Source: Meyerozyma guilliermondii
Lineage: Eukaryota
Assembly: GCA_051546255.1 (NCBI GenBank)
Contig: CP128821.1
Coordinates: forward strand, 868,001-892,426
DNA length: 24,426 nt
Direction: 5' to 3'
In this document: piece after piece, positions 10,326 to 19,506 of the stretch
Position numbering within the stretch: position 1 is the first letter of the stretch
Layout: every line of letters starts with the position of its first letter
Notes under the pieces: model-generated
Database searches by the model: none
Seen by the model: only the letters and a program-made list of their open reading frames with translations
What the model was told of the DNA's origin: nothing
Translations under genes and position numbers: made by a program

Positions 10326-11294
10326 ATGGCCTCATTTTTTGAAAAACTTAGTAACGCATACACCAATAACGTCTCTCCCGGTAAGCCCAAATTCTTGCCA
10401 GAACACTATCCTGATTTGACCGGCAAAACCGTAGTTGTTACGGGAGCAAATGCTGGTGTAGGATTCCAGTCCACCAAACTTCTCTTGGCCGCTGGGGCTC
10501 AAGTGGTGGTGGTTATTCGTAATCTCGATAAGATGAAGGCTGCTGAAGAACAACTAAAGGTGGATCTGAAGGCTCCTAAATTGGAGGTTTTTCAAGCTGA
10601 TTTTAGTGATTTGACATCAATTGGACCCTGTGCACAGAAAATTGTTCAAAAGTACCCGAAAATCCATATTGTGCTCCATAATGCTGGGGTAATGGTTCCG
10701 CCCAAAGGCTCGGTGACGAAACAAAATTACGAATTGCAATTGGGTACCAATACTTTAGCACCGTATTTGCTTCAGAAGTACCTTGATGGTGCTGTTTTGG
10801 CAGCAAGCACAAACGACTTTATTTCCAGAGTTATTTGGGTTTCTTCCAATGCGTATTTGCAAGGTCCTTCACCTCGTGGCTTGCTTCCTTATGACGATAT
10901 CAACGATAAAAAAGGCAGATACGGTGGCTTTGCTATTTATGGTCAGTCCAAAGCGGGAATGAATTACAATGCTTTGATTTATGCTGAAAAGCATAAGGGT
11001 ATAATTATCACGGCCGCACTCAATCCAGGTGGATTAAAATCCGATTTGCAAAGACATCTTTCCTCGATCCAAAGATCTCTCCTTGGGTTACTTTTGGCAG
11101 ACCCAGTGTACGGAGCTTACACTGAGCTTTATGCTGCTTTGAGTCCTGATATTACTGTCGAGAAAAGTGGCTGTTTTGTGAGACCATGGGGTCAGATTGA
11201 AGAATATAGTAACTTTATCAAAGAGGGAGTGAAGGACGGAACTGCCAAGAGATTCAATGAATGGACAGAGGAGCAAGTGGCACCTTATTACTAG
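10326..11294 (+). CDS. Short-chain dehydrogenase/reductase (retinol dehydrogenase/WWOX-like subgroup, about 322 aa)
   Basis: TGANAGVG Rossmann motif, HNAGVM, ELQLGTN, RVIWVSS, catalytic YGQSK (YxxxK), NPG. The ORF track starts at a TTG (10287); the first ATG is 10326. Confidence 0.92.
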   Translation: MASFFEKLSNAYTNNVSPGKPKFLPEHYPDLTGKTVVVTGANAGVGFQSTKLLLAAGAQVVVVIRNLDKMKAAEEQLKVDLKAPKLEVFQADFSDLTSIGPCAQKIVQKYPKIHIVLHNAGVMVPPKGSVTKQNYELQLGTNTLAPYLLQKYLDGAVLAASTNDFISRVIWVSSNAYLQGPSPRGLLPYDDINDKKGRYGGFAIYGQSKAGMNYNALIYAEKHKGIIITAALNPGGLKSDLQRHLSSIQRSLLGLLLADPVYGAYTELYAALSPDITVEKSGCFVRPWGQIEEYSNFIKEGVKDGTAKRFNEWTEEQVAPYY

Positions 11295-12077
11295 AAATAA
11301 ATTCAACGGGACTTTCGACTCAGCTTGATATTCATAAATGAAAAGGTAATCAGAAGATTTGTAGTTGACTTTCTGCCAAAGACTTTAGAATCATAGATAC
11401 AAGAACACATGCTAGACATATCATAATGCTGGCAATGCTCTATGTTTGATTTAAGACGCTTTACACAGATTCCCCATAATGGTTGTGTGATAGTAGCTTG
11501 ATAATCGAATCCAAAAGAATTGAACCGAATAGTTGAAATGCACTTTCTCCTAAAGACATGAACTTGATATGCCAATTGACACTAGATTTGTGTAAATTTA
11601 CGCCGTTCTAGAAGTAGGGAATGGGCTGATTTATGTCAATGCACAACCACTAAAGCAGGAGGGGAGAGAAAATAAGCGATTTCAATAAAACATTCACATT
11701 TGTTCTTCTTGATTTTATAAAATCGCACCTCAATGTTCCACAATGTATGCTTTTGAGTTCATAATTTTTCGTACAATAGGATTTTACATATTGTAAAGAT
11801 TGAGGTTGAAAACGCCAAGAATCTACAACTTGCCCCTCAATTCCTATCTCATGCTTTCAAAGTAGAAACCGTAAGGGCTACCACATGCAAACGGTATAAG
11901 CCCGCGTCTTGCATGAGAATTATGCGCTACACCCGCAGTTAACAATATGCATGTCTCATGTCATATGCAAATTGAGGGGTTTAGTCTGCAGACAACCCGG
12001 AGTTTTGACGAATCTCCGTCCGAAACCTTCCCCACCGTGGGTATATTAGACGGTGTCCCCAAGTTTTACTAGGCACA

Positions 12078-13625
12078 ATGAATGGGTTCGAAGAAGTTCA
12101 TAACTTCCTCACCAGCTGGTATGGGATAGTTTTGGCTGCAATTGTTGCTTACAATGTTTTTGACTATGTTAGAGTCAAGGTTGTCATGAAAAAGTTAAAT
12201 TGTGTTGGACCCACTGTGGAGCTGGATGGTTTCTTTGGATTTCGTGTTATTTTCACCTTGTTGAAGCACAAGCGTGAGGGAACTCTTGTGGACTTTCGTA
12301 AAGATATGGAATTGGATACTTTGAGATTCAGGGTTGCTGGAACCCCAATGGTGATAACCAGAAATCCAGAAAATATTAAGGCAATTCTAGCTACCCAATT
12401 TAACGATTTTGTGTTGGGTGGTCGTCATGATCACCTTGGTCCATTATTGGGAGATGGAATCTTTACTTTGGATGGCAGTGGATGGAAGCATTCTCGTGCG
12501 ATGTTGCGGCCCCAATTTGCTCGTGAACAAGTAGCTCATGTCAAAAGTTTGGAACCTCATATCCAGCTACTTGCCAAGCATATCAGAAAGTTCCAAGGAG
12601 AGCCGTTCGACATTCAAAAGTTGTTCTTCCGGTTGACAATGGATAGTGCTACTGAGTTCTTATTCGGTGAGTCGGTGGATAGTTTGCACGATGAAACCAT
12701 TGGATTTTCCAAATCTGCCATTGACTTTGACGGTAAGAATGAATTTGCTGAAGCATTCAATACTTCACAGATATACTTGTCTATTCGTGCTTTGGCGCAG
12801 CAGGTTTACTTTTTAATCAACAATAAAGAGTTTAGAGATGCCAATGCCAAAGTGCACAAGTTTGCCGACTACTATGTGCAAAAAGCATTGAGTTTCAGTA
12901 CTGAAGAATTGGATAAATACTCCCAGGATGGTTATATTTTCTTGTACGAGTTGGCAAAGCAGACTCGGGATCCAAAAGTGTTGAGAGATCAATTGTTAAA
13001 TATCTTGTTGGCTGGTAGAGATACCACCGCTGGGTTGTTATCTTTCACATTCTTTGAGTTGGCAAGAAACCCAGATATTTGGCTGAAATTAAAGGAGGAA
13101 ATCTATAATAGATTTGGTCTGGGAGACGATTCCAATCTTGAAGACATTACTTTCGAGTCGTTGAAAAAATGTGAATACTTGAAAGCCTTGTTAAACGAAG
13201 CTTTGAGAATGTACCCATCAGTTCCTCAAAACTTTAGAGTTGCTCAGAAAGATACAACTTTACCCACAGGAGGAGGACCAAACAGAGACCTACCAGTATT
13301 TATTCGCAAAGGTCAGACGGTCGCTTATATGGTATATGCTCTTCAAAGAGACCAAAGATATTACGGTAAAGATTCCGAGGTTTTCAGACCTGAGCGTTGG
13401 TTTGAACCTGAAACCAGAAAGTTGGGCTGGGCTTTTCTTCCTTTTAATGGAGGACCTAGAATCTGCTTGGGACAGCAATTTGCATTGACAGAAGCTTCAT
13501 ATGTTATTGCCAGATTAGCCCAATTGTTCCCAAACTTGGCTAGCTTTGATGACGAGTATCCACCAAGAAAGGCGTCCCACTTGACCATGTGCCATCAAAA
13601 TGGGGTTGTGATTTCAATGACATGA
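12078..13625 (+). CDS. CYP52: Cytochrome P450 of the CYP52 family (alkane/fatty-acid hydroxylase, ALK-type), 515 aa
   Basis: N-terminal membrane anchor, [37 protein letters not shown]-helix AGRDTT, EALR, PERW, heme motif [10 protein letters not shown]. Confidence 0.96.
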   Translation: MNGFEEVHNFLTSWYGIVLAAIVAYNVFDYVRVKVVMKKLNCVGPTVELDGFFGFRVIFTLLKHKREGTLVDFRKDMELDTLRFRVAGTPMVITRNPENIKAILATQFNDFVLGGRHDHLGPLLGDGIFTLDGSGWKHSRAMLRPQFAREQVAHVKSLEPHIQLLAKHIRKFQGEPFDIQKLFFRLTMDSATEFLFGESVDSLHDETIGFSKSAIDFDGKNEFAEAFNTSQIYLSIRALAQQVYFLINNKEFRDANAKVHKFADYYVQKALSFSTEELDKYSQDGYIFLYELAKQTRDPKVLRDQLLNILLAGRDTTAGLLSFTFFELARNPDIWLKLKEEIYNRFGLGDDSNLEDITFESLKKCEYLKALLNEALRMYPSVPQNFRVAQKDTTLPTGGGPNRDLPVFIRKGQTVAYMVYALQRDQRYYGKDSEVFRPERWFEPETRKLGWAFLPFNGGPRICLGQQFALTEASYVIARLAQLFPNLASFDDEYPPRKASHLTMCHQNGVVISMT

Positions 13626-14349
13626 TTATGATAATTTTGAATAAAAAAAGAATTTAGATTAATTTATTTTTGCAATAAAGTATTTTTTAGAATCACAGTA
13701 CTACTCATTTTCATCGCGGATCATGTCAAAAGCATTGCTACGATAAAATACACTTATGGGTGGATGAAAATTTGCAGCCATTTGAGCCGCAAAAATAACA
13801 CGACCACACATTCATCCAGTTGAGAAGCCTAAATATACAGCTCAAGTAGTGATCTTCACATTTTGGAGCACAATGCGTATTTCAATAGCAATTGACTTAT
13901 ATTGGTAGATGTCATTGTCGATTTCAACGCATGTTCATGCGGGTTCAATGCGAGCTGCATGCGGCTCGTAGCCTATATACCCATCGGATTTTTGGATAGA
14001 ACCAACGGCGGGCTTTGTTAGATTACAGGAAGTACAAAGAATGTCATAACCTCGAGTTGATCAATGTAATCAAACATGGTACAGCTGATTTTTTGCAGTC
14101 GAATTCCTACATATAAGCGTCCTTGAGGAAAATTTAGCTGACAGGAACATAAGATGTGAATTTCGATAAAGACCTCTGCAGCTACCTACTATTCAAATGC
14201 GCAAAGCATTCAAGTTTCTTTTCATTCAACGCTAGTTCCCCAGTCCCCCCATAAAACAAAAAAGTTTATCGCATCAGGGTGCCAAGACCGCATATCGGTA
14301 ATGCGCTCGCAGGTACGACTCCATTCCTGCTGTTGGCCCTTTTTGGCTG

Positions 14350-14428
14350 GGTGTTAGGGTGCATTGAGAAAGGTGTTGGGATGTAAATCAGATAGGTGTT
14401 AGGGTGTTTTAAATCCGGTGTTGGGATG
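14350..14428 (+). repeat. Four spaced telomere/Rap1-like motifs alternating GGTGTTAGGGTG and GGTGTTGGGATG
   Basis: Motifs start at 14350, 14372, 14395 and 14417 (spacing 22, 23, 22 bp) in an A-B-A-B arrangement. Confidence 0.8.
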
Positions 14429-14527
14429 CGTCACGCCTCATGCAGTGTGGTGCAGCTTGATGCATGTTGGTGCATTGTGATCTGCACACGTTTTTGTTCC
14501 CTTGCAGAATGCAACTCCTGAAGTTTA

Positions 14528-16554
14528 ATGTTAAACATGAATTCTTTACCTTATGAAATAGTCATACGTTGCTTTCCTTACTTGAGCACAGAAGTACTCA
14601 CCAACATAATACTATTGGAGAACATTCCTGATATCATACTTGAAGCAGCAGCTAACAATCTCAATTATTTATGGTATGCAAAGCGAATTCGAGGGATTTA
14701 TGGAGATGTAATTGGAGGTATTGAAGACCACTATGAAACCGATTTCGACAGGTTTCTACACATACACAAAACTCTTGAAAAAAAATCCTTCAAATGTCCT
14801 CTTAGATTCCATTATACATGGGAGAACATCTTTGAAATGCAACAAAATCTCGATGAGATAAATTTGGCTTATAGCGGACAAAAGCTATGTGTCCATGTCG
14901 ACCTCATAGGCCAGGCGTTACAAATCTGTCCTACTTTTTCAGACCATGATATTAATCTCAAGATCACTTCCCTTTCATTGAAAACGTTTTTTAGTCATTT
15001 TGAATGTTCTATCGATTTGAATAAGTTTCCAAACTTGGAGACTTTTTATGGGTCTAGGTGCAAAATGTGGGTTTACCGGGATCACCCCAGCTTGAAGAAC
15101 CTATATCTCAACAAGGTGACCTTCAGCTCATTACCGACTAATTTGAAAAAGTTAGTAGCAAAATGGTGCAAAATAAGGATGAACGAGAACCATCCAAAAC
15201 TAGAAGCTCTCAGGGTGTTGGATCTTAATTGCAAAGAAGAACCTTTCAACTACTCCTCGCTAATGAGAATACTCTGGAACAAAGATTTGGAACATTTTTC
15301 GTTTATCGGTCAAGGCGTAACGGATGAGGATGAAATTTTCTCCATGCTAGGCCCCAAAGTAACAAGTTTTGGATTTTCTGGCTCATCATTTTCTAGGATT
15401 CCTACGCTGATACGCTCATTAAACTGCAATGGTAATGTTCTCTTCCATAATCGTATCGGCCTGCAAGATTTGTCCGCTTTTACTCATATGACTTCCCTTA
15501 CATTTGATGTGCAGCAAGGCTCTATTGACGGCTTACAACTTCCACCAAACTTGCTTAAACTTTCGATTGCGTATGCTGAATTTGAAGATTTGGCCAAAGT
15601 TGAATTCCCTCCCACGATAGTTGACCTCGAGTTAAGGCATTGTCAAATTGAGCTGACTGCCGGCTGGCTAAAACCAGCCCGATTGAAGCGACTTTCACTT
15701 CAATATAATAAGCTTTCATCTTTCAATGCCATTCTTCCTTGCTGTGAATTCTTGAGCTTGAGAAGCAATTCTCTAATGGAGTTGAGATTGAAGCTCCCGT
15801 TCTTGAGCATATCGACTTGACCAGCAACAATTTCACTTCAATTCCCAAACTTCCAGCTAGTGTCCAGGTACTTGTTCTCAGTGACAATAATCTAGATCTC
15901 TCCCAGATGTCTGAATTACCTTCTAGGTTAAAGCTTCTAGACCTTTGCAGAGCTGGAACTGGAGCTTTTCAAAACTACACTTTCCCATCATCAATACAAG
16001 AACTACACCTCACGGACTTAAATTTGTCAGATATGAGTGGAGTCAAATTTGCCAAAGGGTCAAAGTTGAAAGAATTAAAGTTGAGGTGTTGTGTTTCAAG
16101 AAAAATCGACGACAAAATGATCGAGCTACCCCTCGGCTTGAAAGTACTAGACGTGTATGGCAATTTCTTGGAAGACATCAATAATGTCACCATTCCGCAA
16201 ACAGTTACCTTTCTAGACTTGAGATATAACAAATTGAAATCCTTGGAATTTAAGTCCCATATTGAGACACTATACCTTTGCGATAATTATAGCTTATCAA
16301 GTCTTACGATACCAAAGGATCTGGAGCTAAGAGTTCTTGATCTCATGGGAACTGAATTTAGGAAATTACCACCTGATTTACTTGGGGCTGAGAAACTCAC
16401 ACAACTACGACTAGGGCTTCAGCTTAAAGTGTTTGACTTTCTAAAGGTGCCCATCAACATTCGGGCTTTACAGATTTCTCGGCGCTGTGTAGTAAAAGGA
16501 CCTCACAGGTATCCCTATAAGATAATATTCAGAAGTTCATTTGAGGTTCCATAA
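14528..16554 (+). pseudogene. F-box-like + leucine-rich-repeat gene, copy 1; one base missing near 15779-15781 (about 675 aa if restored)
   Basis: N-terminus MNSLPYEIVIRCFPYL is F-box-like. ORFs 14528-15820 and 15817-16554 are together colinear with intact copy 2. The sequence atg ga- gtt gag att gaa gct aligns to gag aaa gtt gaa atc gaa gct in copy 2. A sequencing error cannot be excluded. Confidence 0.85.
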
Positions 16555-17067
16555 ATCAGACTCATGATTAGAAGGCTGGAGGCTCCATTGAATAGGTGCT
16601 AGCATGTCTCCGGTGAGAGTCAACAACCCGAACTCAGCTGTAGAACTCAGCTGTAAGCTTTATAGAGTCATGCCGTGGTGGACAAGGAATCTGGCTTCAG
16701 GAAGAATATTATAGTGTACATTAATTGCTCTCATCCAAAAGTCTGCAACAATTTCAACCTGGGGAACATAATCCTTGGGAAACTTGAGATTGCAAATGGG
16801 TGTCAAAGCAATTGAAAATGAGACCAATTTTCAACTTTCCAATTATATGGTATAGGTTTGAATGGGAAATGTTTTAGTTTTTGGAAGTCTTGGAGCATCA
16901 AGTTTAAGTGTTAGAATGGGTACTTGAGAATTAAAGTCAGTGGTGAGTAAGATACGAGCAAAGATTTCAAATGCAAGAATTTGCAAAACATGAAATACAA
17001 ATTGCGATAAATAAATCATAAATGAACTTCAACCACTCAATGTCTCCTTCCTTTTCCCCAGCGTCAT

Positions 17068-17100
17068 TTCTTATCGCATTGATAAGTGTAGAATTTGCAG
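17068..17100 (+). promoter_or_regulatory. Conserved upstream block of LRR copy 2 with inverted GATA pair (CTTATC-N5-GATAAG)
   Basis: TTCTTATCGCATTGATAAGTGTAGAATTTGCAG, nearly identical to 19415-19448 upstream of copy 3. Confidence 0.6.
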
Positions 17101-17171
17101 CCAATCGGCATCCTGCACACATCACCATTTCTCAACTGGTGAACTTCTGGAGAACTTCAAAACTCATCTAA

Positions 17172-19247
17172 ATGAACCTAGATACCTTACCAAGTGAAAT
17201 AGTCACGCGTTGCTTTTCCTACTTGAGCACAGATTCACTCACAGACATAATACTATTAGAGAACATTCCTGATAAAATCGTCCAAGCTGCAGCTTATAAC
17301 TTGAATAATTTATGGTATTCAAAGCGATATCGAAGCGTCGAAAAAGATAAAGTTGCAAATATTGAAGCTTATTATGAAACTGATTTCGAACGGTTTCTAC
17401 GCATCCACAAGATCCTTGAAGAAAAGTCATTCAAATGTCCTCTTTGGTTCCATTGTACATGGGATAACATTCTTGAAATGCACCAAAATCTTGATTCAAT
17501 AGATCTGGTTTACAACGGCCAAGAATTAGGCATCCATGTCGATCTCGAAGACCCGGCGTTTCAAACCTATCCTATTTTCTCAACTCATGATATCAATCTC
17601 AAAATTACTTGCCTTTCATTGAATTCCTTTTATAAACGTTGTATCAACTTGGATAATTTTCCGATATTGGAAACTTTTTATGGCTATTATTGCGAAATAA
17701 GCGTTGACCACGACCACCCCAGTTTGAAAAACCTATATCTCAACCAGGTGACTTTCAGCTCATTACCAACGAATTTGATAAAGTTGGTTGCAAAAGAGTG
17801 CTGGATAAATATGGATGAAAACCATCCAAAACTAAAAGCTCTCACACTGTTGACTCTAGAACGCACGGACGAACGCACGGATTGCTTCTCATTACTACGA
17901 CTACTCTGGAACAAGAATTTGGAACATTTCTCGTATATCGGTCGAGGGGTAATAGAGGAGAATGAAAGTCGAGAAGAGGATGAAATCTTCTCCATGATCG
18001 GGCCCAAAGTGACAAGTCTTGGAAAGTCTGGCTCTATCCCAGCTTCAATTCCAACGCTACGCTCACTATACTCCATAAGTGGAGGAGGCCTCGAGAATTT
18101 GAATGCTTATACCCATATGACTTCCCTAACATTGTGGGAGCCATCAGACATCAACAGTTGTAATTTACCACCCAACTTGCTCAGACTAACATTGAATCTG
18201 CCAGATGATACGATCGAAAGATTAAAGTTTCCGTTGAGCTTGCTCAAACTTTCGATCACGTCTGCTAAATTTAATGACTTGACCAAAATCGAATTTCCTC
18301 CCAAATTAGTTGATCTCGAATTAGAGCTGTGTGATATTGCTCTGACTACAGGTTGGCTAAAACCAGCTCAATTGAAGAGACTTTCACTTGCGCGAAATAA
18401 CCTCTCATCTTTCAAAGCTGTTCTTCCTTGCTGTGAATTCTTGAGCTTGAGCGACAATAAAATAGAGAAAGTTGAAATCGAAGCTCCTGTTCTTAAGAAT
18501 ATTGACTTGAGTGAAAATAAGTTGACTTATATTCCCGAACTTCCAGCTAGTGTTCAAGTACTAGTCTTCCGTTACAATAATCTAGCTCTCTCCGAAATGT
18601 CTGAAATGCCTCCTAACTTAAAATTTTTAGACCTCTCGGATGCTGGAACCGGAACTCTTAAAAACTACACATTCCCATCATCAATTCAAGAACTCCACCT
18701 TACAGGATTAGACTTGTCAGGTATGAGTGGAGTCAAATTTGCCAAAGGGTCAAGAATGATAGAATTGGATTTGAGCTGTTCTCTTTTAGGCAAAATCGAC
18801 GACAAAATGATCGAACTACCCCTCGGATTGAAATCACTAGATATGTGTGGCAATCACTTTAATCACATCAAAAAGCTCACCATTCCGCAAACAGTTACGT
18901 TCTTGAACTTGGGATCAAACCTTATGAGATCATTGGAAGTTAAGTCTCATATTGAGACACTATACCTCGATGAAAATCCAAGACTTTCAAGTCTTGCAAT
19001 ACCGAAGGATCTGGAGCTAAAGTTTCTTGATCTCACGCAAACTGGAATTAAAAAGTTTTCATTTGATATATTTGGAGCTGATAAACTCACACAGCTACGT
19101 CTAGGTTCTGAAGTTAAAGTGATTGACCTTTCGAAAATGCCCGTCAATTTTCAAGTTTTGGAATATCCTGGGTACTGTCAAATAAAAGGACTCCGCAGGC
19201 ATCTCAATACAAATATTTACAGACGCCATGAGGTTTCAGAGTTGTGA
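17172..19247 (+). CDS. F-box-like + leucine-rich-repeat protein, copy 2 (intact, 691 aa)
   Basis: N-terminal LDTLPSEIVTRCFSYL fits the F-box consensus LxxLPxEIxxxIFxYL. The C-terminal two-thirds has many ~21-23 aa LRRs of the (L/F)PxxLxxLxLxxN type, e.g. LPPNLLRLTL, PAQLKRLSLARNNL, LPLGLKSLDMCGNHF. No signal peptide or transmembrane segment is evident. Confidence 0.88.
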   Translation: MNLDTLPSEIVTRCFSYLSTDSLTDIILLENIPDKIVQAAAYNLNNLWYSKRYRSVEKDKVANIEAYYETDFERFLRIHKILEEKSFKCPLWFHCTWDNILEMHQNLDSIDLVYNGQELGIHVDLEDPAFQTYPIFSTHDINLKITCLSLNSFYKRCINLDNFPILETFYGYYCEISVDHDHPSLKNLYLNQVTFSSLPTNLIKLVAKECWINMDENHPKLKALTLLTLERTDERTDCFSLLRLLWNKNLEHFSYIGRGVIEENESREEDEIFSMIGPKVTSLGKSGSIPASIPTLRSLYSISGGGLENLNAYTHMTSLTLWEPSDINSCNLPPNLLRLTLNLPDDTIERLKFPLSLLKLSITSAKFNDLTKIEFPPKLVDLELELCDIALTTGWLKPAQLKRLSLARNNLSSFKAVLPCCEFLSLSDNKIEKVEIEAPVLKNIDLSENKLTYIPELPASVQVLVFRYNNLALSEMSEMPPNLKFLDLSDAGTGTLKNYTFPSSIQELHLTGLDLSGMSGVKFAKGSRMIELDLSCSLLGKIDDKMIELPLGLKSLDMCGNHFNHIKKLTIPQTVTFLNLGSNLMRSLEVKSHIETLYLDENPRLSSLAIPKDLELKFLDLTQTGIKKFSFDIFGADKLTQLRLGSEVKVIDLSKMPVNFQVLEYPGYCQIKGLRRHLNTNIYRRHEVSEL

Positions 19248-19414
19248 TCGATCAACTAGAATTTTCAATTCAATTTAGGAGCTGCCATGCTGAGTAACTT
19301 AGTGTGGTGATAGCGAAGATTCTTTAATTAACTTTATGCAGAAACAAGAAATATTCATTGTAAGAAGAAACCATATCATTGATGAACCTCAATGCTCTGT
19401 TTCTTTCCGAGCTA

Positions 19415-19448
19415 TTCTTATCGCATTTGATAAGTGTAGAATTTGCAG
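19415..19448 (+). promoter_or_regulatory. Conserved upstream block of LRR copy 3 with inverted GATA pair (CTTATC-N6-GATAAG)
   Basis: TTCTTATCGCATTTGATAAGTGTAGAATTTGCAG differs from the copy 2 block by one T. Confidence 0.6.
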
Positions 19449-19506
19449 TCATGATCCTGCACACACAACCACTTCGACATGCGAACTTTATACTCAAAGT
19501 CTATTC

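Noticed and set aside
11881..11890. CACATG (reverse CATGTG) upstream of CYP52 as a possible alkane-responsive element
   Set aside because: A single 6-mer is expected by chance, and the full element is not evident.
14350..14428. Repeat-spacer pattern superficially like a CRISPR array
   Set aside because: Eukaryotic context, 12-bp cores with 10-11-bp spacers, and no cas genes.
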